Assembly: GCF_001447785.1 (NCBI RefSeq)
Contig: NW_015173153.1
Span: 39,920 to 103,919 of the forward strand
Source: Gekko japonicus
Taxonomy: Eukaryota
Length of the DNA stretch: 64,000 nt
Reading direction: 5' to 3'
Below, one piece after another: positions 63,260 to 64,000 of this stretch. Every line of letters starts with the position of its first letter. The stretch's first letter is position 1. The position numbers were made by a program, and so were the translations under genes. The notes beneath the pieces were generated by a model. It did not search any database, was not told where the DNA came from, and saw only the letters and a program-made list of their open reading frames with translations.

Positions 63260-63607
63260 GGAGCTGCGGTGGCTCAAGTGGTTAAGATGCTGAACTGCAG
63301 GCTGTGGAAGGTCGGTAGTTCAGCAGTTCGAGACCCGGGTGCCGCATGACGGAGTGAGCTCCCGTCTCTAGTTCCAGCTCCTGCCAACCTAGTAGTTCGA
63401 AAGCAAGAAATTGCAAGTAGATAAATAGGTACCACTTCAGTGGGAAGGTAACAGCGTTCCATGTGCCTTGGTGTTTAGTCATGCCGGCCACATGACCACG
63501 GAAACATCTTCGGACAGCGCTGGCTCTTCGGCTTTGAAACGGAGATGAGCACCGCAACCCTAGAGTCGGATTCGACTGGCTTTCAAGCAAGGGAACCTTT
63601 ACCTTTT
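63260..63607 (+). mobile_element. Full-length Sauria SINE
   Basis: tRNA-like head to (ACCTTT)n tail; perfect 12-bp TSD tatacttccaca (63248-63259, 63608-63619). Confidence 0.95.
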
Positions 63608-63704
63608 TATACTTCCACAAATAATAGGAATGTTTTAAACCAGCTGGAACAACATCCAGCTTTTTAAATACTTGATAATGCTGCGCTGAATTTCCATGAG
63701 GTTG

Positions 63705-64000
63705 GAGAGCCAGTTTGGTGTAGTGGTTAAGTGTGTGGAGCAATGGTCCCTCTAAATTGTGGAGTCTTGTGAGCAAAAATTCTATTTTGTGAGCAATTTG
63801 GCTACTACATAAAATAGTTTGCTCTGGAGCCATCTTTCCTGAGCTAAGATAAAAATGTGTGAGCCGGAGGCTAAAAAAAGTCTGAGCTAGCTCACACTAA
63901 CTCATCTTAGAGGGAACACTGGTGTGGACTCTAATCTGGGAGAACCGGGTTTTATTCCCTACTCCTTCATATGTAACTGCTGGATGTCCTTGGGCAAGCC
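63705..64000 (+). mobile_element. Squam3-like SINE head interrupted by a hAT MITE; runs off the window
   Basis: gagagccagtttggtgtagtggttaagtgtgtgga | MITE | ctctaatctgggagaaccgggtt. Confidence 0.85.
63741..63921. mobile_element. hAT MITE (CAGTGTTCCCTCTAA-type TIR)
   Basis: TIR caatggtccctctaa / ttagagggaacactg; TSD gtgtggag / gtgtggac. Confidence 0.88.

Noticed and set aside
63260-63340. tRNA gene
   Set aside because: tRNA-derived head of a Sauria SINE; no cloverleaf or terminator

Overview
Vertebrate genomic DNA, most likely a squamate and probably a gecko (inferred from its repeat families: Sauria SINE, Squam3-like SINE, BovB, lizard-type L2/CR1/L1, hAT and Harbinger MITEs). There are four N-gaps. 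I cannot support any host protein-coding gene, rRNA or tRNA. The ORF track consists of decayed transposon coding sequence, microsatellite read-through and chance ORFs, so the window looks intergenic or intronic and is densely nested with transposable elements. Main elements: two long decayed L2 LINEs, a BovB remnant, CR1/L1/RTE-X 3' ends, two related solo LTRs with 5-bp TSDs, hAT transposase fossils, many hAT/Harbinger MITEs with readable TSDs, three SINE families (including a 5S-rRNA-derived SINE), and a Penelope-like remnant. The most interesting signals are (i) a tandem array of Penelope pseudo-LTR units at ~10.3-11.1 kb, one of which retains a foldable minimal hammerhead ribozyme, and (ii) three separate ~100-200 bp segments copied between hAT non-autonomous elements and nearby DNA (0.5, 10 and 17 kb apart), suggesting Pack-TE-like capture or templated repair. 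Family names come from motif recognition by eye, not from database searches, and boundaries without a TSD are approximate.
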